Assembly (NCBI GenBank): GCA_964270895.1 | Contig: OZ185437.1 | DNA length: 64,000 nucleotides | Origin: Podarcis filfolensis | Taxonomy: Eukaryota | Strand: one strand, 5' to 3' | Part shown: one piece after another, positions 24,710 to 38,727 of the stretch | Position numbering within the stretch: the stretch's first letter is position 1 | How the letters are laid out: the number at the start of each line of letters is the position of its first letter | Position numbers and translations under genes: made by a program | The notes under the pieces: generated by a model | Databases searched by the model: none | The model's input: the letters and a program-made list of their open reading frames with translations, nothing else | What the model was told of the DNA's origin: nothing

Positions 24710-27700
24710 CTGTCAACCAAAAGGGAAGAAGAAATCAATTAACACATAGTCTATTTGAAATGTAGAGCCTTACTCTAAAACACCACCAGCATCAGAACCA
24801 TCTCCTATACATAAGAAATTAATTTAAACAAAGAAGAAATCCATTTGGACTGATTTCAAATGTCCCAATACGACACATTCAAAATTATATAAAGGTATAG
24901 ACAATTATCTTCCATATCAGGGTACCGCAATATTGGCCCTTCTAGCTGTGACAAGCTGCCATCTCATGGGATTAGTAGCCCTGAGGCAACTTTGTATATT
25001 CAGCTATTTGTAGTTCAAAATGCACATTTTAGAGAGCCCTGAAATAATCTTTTAGTAGTAGCATAAGGGTGGGATACAACAGAACAAACTTTAAAGAAAT
25101 ATCCAATCACTTATATTTCACACAAACCAGGTTTGCACATCACACTAAACCAAACCTTGGCTTAACACGACTGCTCAAGCTACAGTATGTGGCTAGTGAC
25201 AAGAGAGCTTAACCATGATTTTCCAAATACTGTAAAGAAGGCTGACACTGCAGAGACTTCAGTTGACTACAGTTATTTGTAGCTACATCCTTTGCTTCTC
25301 ATTCTGTAGCTAATGTTATTTATGAATGAAACTAGACTGTATGCTGTCTTTTCTTAGTAGTGTATTTTCTGCATGATTTCAGCACAAGGTATAATGATGA
25401 TATAATATTTTACGCAGAGATAATGTGTTAGCCCAGTCAATTTAACTAAGCAGTGATAGTTTGGACTGATTAGGCAAGATTCAGTTCCCATCACCCACTC
25501 ATTTACCGCTGCCTGCCACCTCTGTGGCTTCCTCCTCCACGGTCTTTGCCTCCTCTGTGGCTGGCATGGCCTTGGGAGAAGTCACTGTGGCCTCCAGCTC
25601 CTCCGCAGATGTGCTTCTGGAAGCCAGTTTCCAGAAGTCCCACAATGGAAGGAGAAAAAAGAGTGGTGACGCACAGGGGCAAGGTAGGCTTTGCTTCTGT
25701 TTTTTGGTCCTACGCTCTGGTGTGAGCCAACTGACTCAGGAGAGATGAAAAAACATCCATCTTTTGGTCCCATGTTCTGGCAGGGCCAGAGCACGGAAGC
25801 CAGAATGGGACATCCAGGATTGGGATCAGAAGCCAGGGCGGCTTCTGTCAATCCAGGATGTCTCACTTAAAATGGGACAGGTGCACCATATATGATTCAG
25901 GGAAGGAGAATACAAACTTTTGATTTTTAAATCCCAGTCCATTTCCTATGAAAATGTCTAAAAAAGACTTATTGCTAGTCTTCTCCAACATTTCAGAAGC
26001 ATTATGTACTACAAAAGTATACATATAAAACTACCTGCAGCTAAGAAGTTTTGTAATGTACATAGTCTTCTTGCGTCATTAGCAGAGGAAGCTACTAGAT
26101 TCAAAACCTTGCTCAGCTTGAAAGAATACCAAATGACCTTCAGACACAATGCTAAGGCAAACCATAGCTTAGACCTGGGTGACATGGTGGCAGCCGAACT
26201 AAGGCAGGAGCAATACAGCTGCAACCTTTGGCCTGGAAATATGCACATTTAGTTGTATGTGCTAAATCATGTTTTGGCTTAGCATTATGTGTGGCATACT
26301 CACTATTTTTTTTAGTTACATAGCTCTTTTAATGGCTATCTGGAATAGAAAGATTTGGGAGTATACAGGTAGAAGCAAATTAAAATTATAGTCTTCAACT
26401 TAATGGGTTTCCATTTATACTATGTAACAAAAAGGTTTCTTCTTCTTTTGGAAACACTATTATATTAAATCATCTTAGTGATTAAAATTATTTTACAGAC
26501 AGAGAATAAAAGTACAATGAATATTCCATAATGAATTGATACTGTGTAACATACATTCACTACATATAAAATTATATCAGTACATACTACAGACGCAAGA
26601 ATATCCAGCTAAATATAAAGTAAAATAAAATGATTGCACCTAAGACTTAACTGGGAAGCACACAGGTGCTGAATAATCTGTACTACAACATCCTCCCCAG
26701 ACAAGACTACTGGAGTACAATCTAATAATTAGAACACAAAAGATGAAGGGGTAGAGTAGTAGACCATGACATCAACTTATCTGCTTCACAGAATCAAATG
26801 TTTGGAAACACATCTAAACTAGCCCACTAGAACTTCAGAAATTCTAAATAAATGTCTGCTGATAAAGGAACAGCAAGGGAGAATACATTTTAAAATTAAA
26901 TCCACGAATGAGAATCCATTTCTAAGAATGCACAAAATAAAAGAAATCCTTCCCTGCCAACCTGACAAGACAAATCTAGATCTGTAAACATATAAAATTA
27001 TGAGCCATTGTAACACCTAGCAATTCCTAGAGCTCCCTGGGAAGAGTGGTTCGAAGAATTGCAGTTGCTTATGGAAACAGAGGTCTCCTAACAACTCTCA
27101 GCACCCTTAACAAATGACTGTTCCCAGGATTCTTTGGGGGACGCCATAACTGTTTAAAGTGGCACGATACTGTTTTAAATGTATAGTGCAGGTGGGGCCA
27201 TAGATCTGTTAAGAAGCAGCTTTCTAAAAAGAACTATCATGCTCATGACAAAACAATAAAGGGGCAAAACTTGCAAGGAAGGATCCTTAGTGTTGGAAGA
27301 CCTTTGCTGAATATAGGGACTGCTCACTGGTTCACTTTTAAGATCTGTCAAATTGGTGGGATTCACAGACAGAGACTTCAGAGTACAGTGGTCTCCACTT
27401 TATGGATCTCCCTCTCAAGGGATGTGCTGTGTTCAAAAAGACAAACACCTGTTTCATGTGGTTTTTAACACATGTTATTTTATTGTATATACTTTTTATT
27501 GCTGTGGCTTTGGAAACTATTCTGTACTGCCTGAATTATATTTTAATGTATTCCTGCTTGTTTGTTTCTGCAATTTAATGTTTGAAACATCATGTTACAT
27601 TTTTTGCAATTTTATGTTTATATTGTAGTACACTGCTTTGAACAGACTTAATTCTAAGCAAATAGCTACATGGAAAGGTAATGGTGGGCTATTAAGTACT

Positions 27701-29449
27701 GTGTGAAGCCTCCAGCCAATGAAAAGCAAGGTCTCAGTTGCAGTAAAGTGTTCTAGTCGGGGAAACAACCTTTATTTCACTTCAAGGCAGGGTGATGTGC
27801 AGAGATTTACTGGAGTCCTGCTATCACGCATCCTACAAAATTTTAAACCACAGACTATCAGGCTACATATTTCCTAGCTAATTTGTTCAGATTGCTTTCA
27901 AAATTGCTGTACATCTTTGCTTCAAAATTTAAAAAAGGCAGTGCACAAACAGCAAACTTCCTGTTTAAAATTACATTCATTTAACTGTGTAAATCCCCTG
28001 TTCATAAACTATGAATAGGGATGGTTATGAGATCTATAAGCTTAAATTTCAACCACTAATGTAAAGAGTTAATAAGTTCTTAGGACTCAAAATAGATGCA
28101 CCTATTTTGTAGCTAATTTCCCCAAACTATTCTAAAATCAATTTTGCCAGCAATGTAGCCTCAACACAATGAGCTGATCTCTGTAAAAGAACATTTCCTT
28201 CCGTTCATACAGCAAGCATCCTGCAAATAAACAATTTCCCATTCTGCTAACTGATTGCTTTTGTTTACATACAGGAAACACAACTGGCAGCAAGAGCAGA
28301 AAGTGTTTCATTTCCTATCATACTGATGTGTACATGAAGCAGGTATTACAGTAGCAGGTACTGCTACGTTTGATGTCTTTTTCAGAAGAAGCATGCTGAT
28401 TAATGGCAATGCTGCACTGGGGCGGGGGGGGTATTTAACCCATTGATTAAAAACTTCACTTATTTCATTCGCATGAGGGACAAAATAATACAAAATATAC
28501 TGCAGGATTATGCAGATGAGGGAGCCTAAGCCTCCCTCATTTTACCTCTCCACTTCCATTGCTTCAAGAAGACCTTCTAGGCCAGGCTGACAAATGCCTG
28601 AAGAAACAAAGTATGGTGGGGGAGGGCGGGAGGAAAGACAAGGTACCCTTCTCTATTTGCACTCATTTTTAATATAAAAATCAGCCTTTCATGCTCTCAC
28701 TCCAATTTAATGTGGCAGCCCGAGTCACATCTAGTGCTGATAACACATCTAAAATGAGCATGTCCTTGCTTCCCATTAGCCCTCAAACTATTCTTACCAT
28801 AGTGAGGACAAACAACTGTAAGGATTTACAAGGATTCTTAACTTTGTCATGTCCCTTATAATCCAAAGCCTCTTTAAATGGTCAGCCAACCAACAGCTCA
28901 GGAACTGAATAAAGTCAATAGATGCATACCAAGGCTGAGTTCAGAGCAGGAACTGGGTATGCAGAAAGGTCTGCTGCACACCTGAGAACCATGGACACTG
29001 TGGCAAGCTGCATTTAACAGTGACGGGAACACCGTAATGCGTACACATGATGAGCTCTGCCACAGTGGCTCATGTTTAAGAATTCTTTAACATGGATTCA
29101 CTCAAATACTTGGCTTGTCCTCTCTCACCTGGCTTACTTAGTGTTTTCTACAATGTATTTCAGTTCCTTAATTTCACAATATGTATAACCTGACCTGTAG
29201 TGTGCAGCTGTTATCTGTTCTACATAAACTTCTTTCTTCTGCTTGTGGCCCATCTATTCTCTGATGTGATGGCCTTGATTCACTATTCTCCCCTAGGCAG
29301 GACATGAACACAACATTACACTCCCCCCACTTGTGCTTTCCAGCAACTGACATTCAGGGCCATATTGCCTCCAACGCTGGAGGAGGCAACTAATAGCCTT
29401 ATTCTCCATGAACTTTTCTTTGAAAGGTGAGTAGTTTGGTGGAAATCAC

Positions 29450-30660
29450 TACATCTTGTGGGAACAGTTTCCAGTTTAACTGAATTAAGAAGTACTTTTT
29501 TTCATCTGCCATAAATCTTCCAACATGCAGCTTCATTGGATGGCCCCCACTCTAGCATTGTGAGGGGATGGGGACTTCTGTCCATCCACTTTTTACACAG
29601 TATGCATACTTTTATACAACTCTCTCATGTCCAAATGCTGTAATCTTTCCTCATAGGAGAGTTGTTCCAATCCCTTGATCATTTTGGCTGCCTTAATCTG
29701 AACCTTCTCCAACTCTACATCTTCTTTTGAGGTATGAAGACCAGAACTGAACACAGTGCTCCAAGTGTGATTTCATGACAGATTTGTATAATGGCATTAT
29801 GATACGAATTGTTTTCTTTTCAGTCCTTTTCCTAATTATCACTAACATGAAATTCACATTTCTATAGTTAAGTTGACATCTTCACTGAGTTATCCACTAC
29901 AACTCCAATATCACTTTACTGCTCAAACCACTGCAAAGTCACATATCTGTGAAGTTAGGCTTTTTGTTCCAGTGTGCATCGCTTTACATTTTCTTACATT
30001 TAATCACATCTAATTCCCATTTACTCAGTTTGGAGATTTCATTTTGGATTCCTCAAAATCCCTTTTTATTTTAACCACAGGACTAATCCTTATACAAATT
30101 ACACTGATTCTTCATCAGCAAAACTTGTTCCTCAAGACTTGCTCAGTAATTTCCAGGAATAGATGTTAAGCTAACCAGATTGCCATTTCTCAGATCACTC
30201 CTTGATCCTGCCTCCCTCTTTTAAAGTTGCATTGGCCTCTTTCCAGTCCTCAAGTATAAAGGCTGATCTTACAGACAAATTACACTGGGTTATAGCCGAT
30301 AGTGTTGATCAGCTGACAGCAAGGCTTCTGTCAGAAGAATGGAGAGAAACGTTTTTTTCACAATTCCCCTCCACATTCCCCTTAAATTTGCTCAAGCTGA
30401 CCCCTCCACAGCAATTTTGGAGGAACGTGGGAGCTGCAGGGAGGAGTGGGGTTCACTGAAAATTGTTTTTCTCCCCATTCTTCTGATAGACGTTTTGCTA
30501 TCAGCTGAGCAACACAGTTAGATATCTTCTAACAAAAGTATGGATCATAAACTAGTTCATATTTGAGTTCTTTGAGAACTCTTGGGTGGGTGTCATCTGT
30601 CCTCACATAGTTGCCTATCTCACTTGTCTTGATTCGTCATCACTGAGGCTGAAATGCTTC
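29450..30660 (-). mobile_element. Degenerate CR1 LINE ORF2 remnant with internal deletions
   Basis: Minus-strand remnants of CR1 motifs: DDTHPRVLKEL (about 30565-30600, cf. GPDGIHPRVLKEL), EDWKEANA (about 30228-30252, cf. EDWKRANV), and a downstream segment resembling the [10 protein letters not shown] region near 29740-29770. Confidence 0.7.
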
Positions 30661-31938
30661 ATCAGCTGAGCCCTCCCCCCCCCCCGCCGTCCCCCAACAT
30701 GCTTGGGCAGTGCCACAATCACAAGACAACTTCAATCAGAAATATAAGGAATGATAAATATATGACTCAAGTACCCTGACTGTTGCAATTAACCTGAAAA
30801 AGAGTTACAACAGTTGAATATTTAGTGGTGGTAACAGCAAGATTTGGGCCAAAATCATGCCTCGAAATCTTTTAGAACATAGATGGTCATTATTGAAACA
30901 AGTAGCATTGTGAAAGCCATTAGTTAAGGATTTATGGTAAAGCTTCTAGAAAGAAGCTGGTCAAGATCTTAAGCAGGCTACTAAGATTCAACACAGTAAG
31001 CACATCTCAGTAAATAATCATTCTACCATTCCCTATGCTTTTGATGTCCAGGCTGTGAGGACTAATATATTAGTGGGCTTGGGAGAGCCCAAGTTGCTCA
31101 GAAGTACAAAAATGCTTAGGAGATAAAAACCAAGAGGGGAACACAAAGTAACCCAATGAGAACTATGTTTACTCAATGGCCAATAAATACTGACTGATAT
31201 TTGGAGGGAAGGGTAGAAAACCAGGGGAGAAATGAACTGAGTTGTGTTATCATGCATTAGAGCATGGATGAGTGATAGTGACAGTGAACAGAACTCACAA
31301 AGCTACAACAATTTGCTTCAGATCTCTTGTATATTACAAACAAGCATTGCACCATTGACAGCTCATTTGTATTAATCATAGTCTGAATATGTGTCTATGC
31401 AGAGAATTATTACTAAGCACTATTACATAAAAGAATAAACTGAAAGTTTGTGAGAACATACAAAATAATCCTGTAGGTGCCTTTCCTTTCAGTGACTTAC
31501 TATACTGTTATACACAGCGGGGGGGGGGCGGATCTGTACTGTGTGTAGTTGAAACTAAGTGACCTTGATCTAGCTGCTCAAGCATCAAACTACCTTTGTT
31601 GGATAGGCAGAAGTAGAGTAACTTTCCAACTGCCACAGCTTGTGATGAAAATACACAATCTGCAGCTGTTCAGCTACACTACCTACCAAAATCAAGTGAA
31701 TGCTAAGAATGCACACACACCAGTACTTAATGTTATTTTTAAAAGCAGCTGTTATTTTGAAATGTCATTAACTCCTATAGTATTTATGCTATGCTTTAGA
31801 AAAAGCTATTTACAACTATAATTGTTGCTTTTAAAATGGAAGCAAGTGATTAAATCACACCATGTGAAACATATACAGAACACATCATCTTCTCACTGAA
31901 GTTTTTTTGAAGGCCATACTATAAATAAATCTATTTAA

Positions 31939-32289
31939 GGCGGGTGGCGCTGTGGGTTAAACCACAGAGCCTAGGACTTGCCGGTCAGAAGGTCAGAGGT
32001 TCGAATCCCCATGACGGGGTGAGCTCCCGTTGCTCAGTCCCTGCTCCTGCCAACCTAGCAGTTCAAAAACACGTCAAAGTGCAAATAGATAAATAGGTAC
32101 CGCTCCGGCGGGAAGGTAAACAGTGTTTCCGTGCGCTGCTCTGGTTCGCCAGAGGCGGCTTAGTCATGCTGGCCACATGACCCGGAAGCTGTACGCCGGC
32201 TCCCTTGGCCAATAAAGCGAGATGAGCGCCGCAACCCCAGAGTCGGTCACAACTGGACCTAATGGTCAGGGGTCCCTTTACCTTTACCT
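31939..32289 (+). mobile_element. Sauria SINE, full length, apparently young
   Basis: A-box TGGCGCTGTGG at 31945-31955 and B-box GGTTCGAATCC at 31998-32008. Most CpGs retained. Tail ggtccctttacctttacc. Confidence 0.93.
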
Positions 32290-35049
32290 ATCATGATCAT
32301 TTTAACAAAGCTTATAAATTTCTTATACATTAATTAACTAATCTCAAGGTTCCCCAATACAGGTTACAATTCTGACTACACTGGGGTTATACATATGAGC
32401 AATTCACTGGGAACATTTATGTAAGCAACCCTGGATGTAGCATGCAACCATTCATATAGTTTCAATGGCATTTGTGCCAGAGACATTTCCACTGAACGGT
32501 GTCCTCAGTGGGAATAAGAAATAATGTGTTAACAAATGGTAGACCTTACTATAAGTTACTATAAGACCTTTTAAAGGGGATTATTTATTACACTTTTAAC
32601 AAATACTATTCTTTAGGGTTTTCACAACTTCACTCCTATCTACCTTGAGTTTTTACAATACATATTCTGAAAAATATTTTAAACAAAATCTGTAAATACT
32701 TTGTTTTGCATGCTATTCCATCTATGAAAACCCCTGATTCCACTTTATTCCCACCTCTTAAAATTCTTGTCTCACCACAATGCTGTCTACATCTTATCCA
32801 TCCATGCACTTCCTTGCCAGTCCCCTCTCCAACCCCCATATGTGGCCAACTCCGGAAATTGTACATTAACATCACATTTGTTTTCCCTCTTTTAAACAAA
32901 GCACCACTCAACACAATCATTTGTAGTGGTACAGCTGGTATACGAAGCCCATGGAGGACAATTGTACTGCTGGTCAAACAGCAAATGTGTTAGCTTACCT
33001 CAAATGGCTCAGCAAGAATAATCTTCTTGCTGTGATGTTGCTTGGAGGTTACGGTAGAAAAATGAAACCACGTACTGTATTTGCATGTAAGCCACAATTG
33101 AGATTTCAGTAGGACAGAGTTTATTTCTATGTTAGTGAAAGATGTTTGAATGAATCGTCTAAACCAAGATGCAATACATCAATGCCAGGGTCCATCATCT
33201 GGTGATAAAACCAGCCTCACTAGGAAGTTGAAAGAGCAAGTGATGACTCACTAGCTTATTTTAACTCTGTCTAGGAACTTGGTTTAATTTTCATCTTACT
33301 TATCAATGAAATTAAATTCTACCTCTAGGTTTCCCTCCTATCCTTTTATTTTCACTCCTCAACTTCCCAACAAAGCTTTCTTCCCAACTTTGAAGCTTTA
33401 GAGGTGAGTGGAGGTCATCCAGACAAGTATGTAGGTATGTCTGCCACCTCCAAAATTGTAAGGAATGATGGAGATTAGCAGCTGCATTGCCAAAATGTCT
33501 GATAAGCCTTGGCCGCACAGGGCCAAACCAACAACCCCCATACTGGTTCTTCCTGCTTTGGAACAGGAATGGAATGCACTGGGGAGGGCTGGATGCTATT
33601 TTCTGAAGGCACTCAGATTGTTTTCAAACCAGCAGTGCCAAACCTGGTACACTTCCTACTGGTCTTTTCTTTGAGAAATGCCTGTTAGATTATTGCCCAG
33701 AGAGAAGAGGGCTGGAGGCTTGATTGGGTGGTGGGTGTCTAATAGCTAGACTTTTTGGCTTGGTGAGCAACGCCAACCAAAAATGGTAGACCCCTGTCCT
33801 TTACACATTCCAACCATGTAGATGCTGACACTATTACAACAACCTAAACCCAGTGCTCTTTATCAAGCCACATATATCTGGAGAGGTGCCTTATTTTCTG
33901 TACTGTAAGTCTCAAGCTGGAAGCTTTCTAATTAGATCCATTGTGCCCCTTGTGCTGAGGCTGACAAAAGCATTCTCTTTGAATGCTTCACTACCCAGAC
34001 AATCCATTGTTTCTCTGACTTGTCTTAAATACTTCTAGATCAGGCCTGATCAACAGCCAGATCTTGGTTTTATTTCCATTTGGCTGTAGTCTTCCTCTAG
34101 TTGCCTCTGCTTGTCAGCTTGCAAATATATTCTCACTTCCCTGCTTTTTCTCCTCTGAGTCTTCCAAATTTCTTGCCCACCTACCTTCCTGGCAGCTCAC
34201 TGCTTGACTGCAACCCTGTTTCAGCCTCTCTAAATGGAATAGATTGACCTCCCTATGCTGTGTTCATTTGGTCTCTACATCTTAAAATGTTCCTAGAACC
34301 TTCTGTAATACTCCACAGATATCTGTTCTATTCAGTCCTCATCTTGCTAGGACTTTCTACATGCCATGCTGTTTTGCAACAAATATAAAGGGATAAATCC
34401 TAAACATACAAGCTATTTCCATGAAGTTTCTTCTAATTTCAACACAAATTGAGCCCAGTACTCTATTCTGCATCTCTAATAAATAAAGGAAGGCATACTG
34501 CTTATGGGTCACTGATATTTAAATACAATTAAGTATGTGGGTATTCAATTCTAATCAGAACATTCTTATTGTATCTGTATTTTTGTTCCCTATACCATAA
34601 TTTCATTCTCCAGCTCTCCATTTTCTGGATGCTTTGCCACACTGGTATTTGAAAAGCTAAAAAGGCACAAAAGAAACACTAAATACTATGATCCTATGCA
34701 GCAGAAGGTATGCCCACATCGCCAGACCAACACTTCTCTCTGTAAACTGCTCCCAACTTTGCTGCTACAATGACCAGCTGGAGATACTATAGAACACTTC
34801 TCATGCTAATAAATGTTCAAAGTCACCTAACATGACTATTTATTTATAATACATGTTTTATTCATGTTGAACAGCTGTCAGTTGTAGGGGTTCTTTTTCT
34901 TCTTACTACAATTCTTACTACAGAATACTTATGCAGGAGTGTGTGACTATCCAGAGTGGTTCACACTGTGTAGACAGTGAAGAACATGTTATGATATTCT
35001 TGCAAGGAAACTGGTAAAATGTGGATTGAACGAGGTGGATTTGTAGCTG

Positions 35050-35980
35050 GCTGGATGAACCCAAAGAGTACTCATTAATGGTTCCTTGTCAACTGGAAAA
35101 AAGTGACAAGTGGGGTGCCACACTGTTCTGTCCTGGGCCTATTATTGTTTAACATCTTTATAAATGACTTGGATGAAGGAATTGAGGGGATGCTCATGAA
35201 ATTTGCAGATGACACCAAACTGTGAGGGGTAGCTAATGCTGCAGAAGACAGAATCAGAATTCAAAATGACCATAACAGATTGGAGAACTGGACGCAAGCT
35301 AACAAAATAAATTTCAATAGGGACAAATGTAAGGTCCTACACTTTGGCAGGAAGAACCAGATGCACAAGCTTAACTTGAGTCAACAATGTGATGCAGCAG
35401 CAAAAAACCTAACACTATACTAGGCTGCATCAACAGAAGTACATGTCCAGGTCAAAGGAAGCAATAGTACCACTCTATTATGCCTTGGTCAGGCCACACT
35501 TGGAATACTGTGTCCAATTCTGGGCACCACAATTTAAGAAGGATGTTGACAAGCTGCAAAGTTTGTAGAGGAGGACAACCAAGATGATCAAGGGTCTGGA
35601 AATGAAGCCTTACAAGGAGTGCTTGAAGGAGCTGGAAAAGAGGAGACTAAGAGGAGATATGATAGCCATCTTCAAATATCTTAAGGGCTATCACATGTAA
35701 GAGGGAACATGCTTGTTTTCTCCTGTTCTGGAGAGTAGGACTCAAACAAATGGCTTCAAGTTACATGAAAGAAGATTCTGACTAAACATTTGGAAAAACT
35801 TTCTGACAATAACAGCTTTTCAACGATGGAACCCCACAAGAGGTGGTGGACTCTCCTTCATTGGAAGTTTTTAAGCAGAGGTTGGATGGCCATCTGTCAT
35901 GGATGCTTTAGCTGAGATTCCGGCATTGCAGGGGGTTGGACAAGATGACCCTTGGGTCACTTCCACCTCTATGATTATAA
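35050..35980 (+). mobile_element. 5'-truncated CR1 LINE (RT domain to 3' end)
   Basis: From 35091 reads [44 protein letters not shown] (CR1 RT motifs SGVPQGSVLGP and FADD), then disrupted ORF2 C-terminus and the CR1 3' terminus ...cttccacctctatgatt. Confidence 0.92.
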
Positions 35981-37929
35981 TTCTCACCCAATTAAAGAAA
36001 GTCAAATAACTACACAAGTTCGGAAGAACAATCCTACCCCCCCCCCCATTCATTCACTGGCTGGAGGCAGCTGGCGCCGGTGAAGAGCTGCACTGGTAGA
36101 TAGGCACATCTGCTGCACAGGCCCCTGCTGCACACTGGCAGATACTTCCATGAACATAGTTCTACTGCTGGCAGTAGTCAATGTTGGGCCCTGAAATGGT
36201 TCATTCCAGGCGTGGGGTAGAGGCAGTCTTCAATCTGAAACCCTTCATTCCCTGAAGAAGCTTCAGGATCATAATAATCAAAAATGCCAGTTTGGAACTG
36301 GCATAATTAATTATCCTGCATTGGTTATTTGTTATTTTTTGGAGGGGGGGCAGTTTATTAAAAGGAGATCCACCAAGGACAGACAGAAAAACTTGTCCCC
36401 CTCCAACCCTGGCCAGCACAACCTTGGAAACACTTCTTCCTCTACAGTTATTAGAAGTATTTACACAGGAGCAAATAAACATCTACTCAATTAGTTGGGG
36501 GAACTTTTTACTTCATCAGTAAGTTTTAAAATCAATTCTTCCACAACTTTTTGTAAATGCTGCGTTTATTTAATTTAGTGCCATCAATGTACATGAGGCA
36601 GACATTTCAAAACTGATTAAACAAGTGTTTCTCACACATCAAAATAGCTTGACAAAATATTCTAACTAATATAAATTCAAAGAAAACTGAAAAGATAGGA
36701 GTTTGCAAGATTGAAATTATGTTAATGAATTACAAAAGTACAGGTAGGCAACTTTTATTCCAGAAATTTATTCCGTTGCAAATTAACAGATGATGTCAAA
36801 TATTCTGAGTGTCTTCTATAAAAGCCAAATGAGCTGATTACTTACAAGACACCTGCCAATCAACCTTGACAAATCCAGAAACATGGAACTGGATACACAA
36901 ACCTAACTAAAGTGCATGGATAAGAGCACAGAAAATGTAAGTCGCTTTCACAAACAGAATGTAAACAATTTGACTTATTATAGTCATGTTATAAAGCATA
37001 CCAAGTGAGTAGATTATACTCTAACCCTCTGTCAGGTCTAGCGATAGACATGACACTGAAGTAGATTTTAAAATGAGGCCAAATCATACATATAAAGTAA
37101 CATCCATCAAGACAATTTCAGTTGTAACATACAATGATGGAATTTACCAATGTGAGAAACAACAAGCAGAAGCAGAAGTGGCCAACTATCTCAATCTACT
37201 TCTTGTAACATCAACCTACAAGAAAAGCCTACTGCTGGGTAACAGACAACATTAGTCACAGCCTGCATAATCAAACCAAATAAATAAATAAATATTTACT
37301 CCAGTCTTGAAACTTATGCAACTCAAAAATGTGGATGCTTACCCAGAAGTAACTCCTGCTAAGGGCAGTTGGACTTTCTCCCCAGGAAGCATGCCTAGGG
37401 TTAGGGAAGAGCAATTAAAACTGGAGCTGGGATGGCACTGACCAGTCAATTGACCACTACAACTGCAGCCCTATAGCTCCCTGACAGCCATAGTAGAGGA
37501 CATGAGGCAATAATCCTCTGCTTTTAGCTGTGGCAACTCTGAGCTGACACAGCAGAGGAGCCCATATTAGGCCCCTTGTCAGGAAATGGGGCAGTTTTGA
37601 ATACACTGAATTGAACACTGCACAATTTTAATACCTCATTTGGGGGCTTTATTATGGCTGCCAGGGGCAGGAACATTGCGCTTGGTCAGAGCGTACAATG
37701 GGGACCTCCACAGTGGCAAAGCTTATTCTAACCCCTTCCAGTATCAAATATTGGGATTTAAGATTCTTCACTAGGCCTACAGAAGAAATCCCAAGAATGC
37801 TTATTAGGAAATTCTATTGAAATTGACAAGACTTCCTTCCAAGTGAATATTCAGAATCATAATATTGGAAGTAATGAATGATGAAGTGTTTGACATCGGC
37901 CCAAGAAAAATGTCATCTTGGCTTAGACC

Positions 37930-38727
37930 CAGTGGCGTAGGAAGCGGCATGTGGTGGGTGCGGGCTGCCCTGGGTGTCATCACTGAGGAGGGTGACAAAA
38001 TGGCAAAAATGTGTGTTTTTTAAATAAATAAAAGTTGGGCTCATGACACATTTTTTGAAAAAATAACTCCCTCACCCACCACACCCCCTTCCTACACCAC
38101 TGCGGACAGCCAGTGCACCCACGTGGCGCCTAGCGAGTGGAAACCCGTCTGGTGACAGGCAGCACTTTTCCTTCACCACCGACGAAGGGGCAGGCTGGGA
38201 CGGTCTCAGCACCGGGTGTGGCTGGGCACTGCCTGCTGAGGCCACCCAAAACCTCCCGGAGCTTCCTCGATGGCCCACAAGCCCAGTGGACACAGTGGAG
38301 CAGCTCCACCCAGTGAGCACAGGTAAGTTCAGGTGTGGCGGCCGCCAATGCAGCTCTGCGTGTTTCTCTCTCTCCACTAGCTAATGAAACTGCGGGATCC
38401 TGCTGGGCTCGTTTTCTGCCAGCTAGGTGGGGAAGGGGACACTGGGTGCCACACCGCGGGGCCTGCAGTGTACCTGAGCCATGCGTCTCTCCTGAGGGTT
38501 AGGCAGCGGGTGGACTGCCTGCAAGCTCGGCATTGCTTTTTTGAGCAGCGCAGGGCTTGCGTCTGCCCACCACCTCAGCCACCTTATAGCTGAGGGGGAG
38601 GCTGCGGAGAGGCTCCACGCAGCGCACCCTGCCTTGGCTTGCCCCGCCCCCATGGGCGGTTTGCTTCACCCCCAGCTGCAGGGCGCGTGCGCTGCACCAG
38701 GCACCCAATTGGCTAGCTACACTGCTG
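37930..38727. mobile_element. Non-autonomous hAT element, 798 bp, GC-rich
   Basis: Perfect 8-bp TSD cttagacc at 37922-37929 and 38728-38735. Termini CAGTGGCGTAG / ctacactgctg (degenerate TIR). No transposase ORF. Confidence 0.85.

Noticed and set aside
28798-28906. Possible 109-nt cryptic exon (ctttattcag| ... ATG|GTAAGA)
   Set aside because: Plausible splice sites but no other support. Such pairs occur by chance in a 17-kb intron.
30620-30672. CUGAUGA on the minus strand as a third hammerhead
   Set aside because: No stem II or GAAA at the right spacing. It lies at the edge of a CR1 remnant. Similar partial hits at about 7476 and 45102 also fail.
31939-32015. tRNA gene
   Set aside because: The A/B boxes belong to SINE heads (also 21169, 43770-44020, 57938). 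No cloverleaf or acceptor stem.
21169-32289. SINE pair flanking the 1.7-kb exon as a driver of back-splicing (circRNA)
   Set aside because: Both Sauria SINEs are in the same orientation. The only inverted copy (57938) lies upstream of the promoter.
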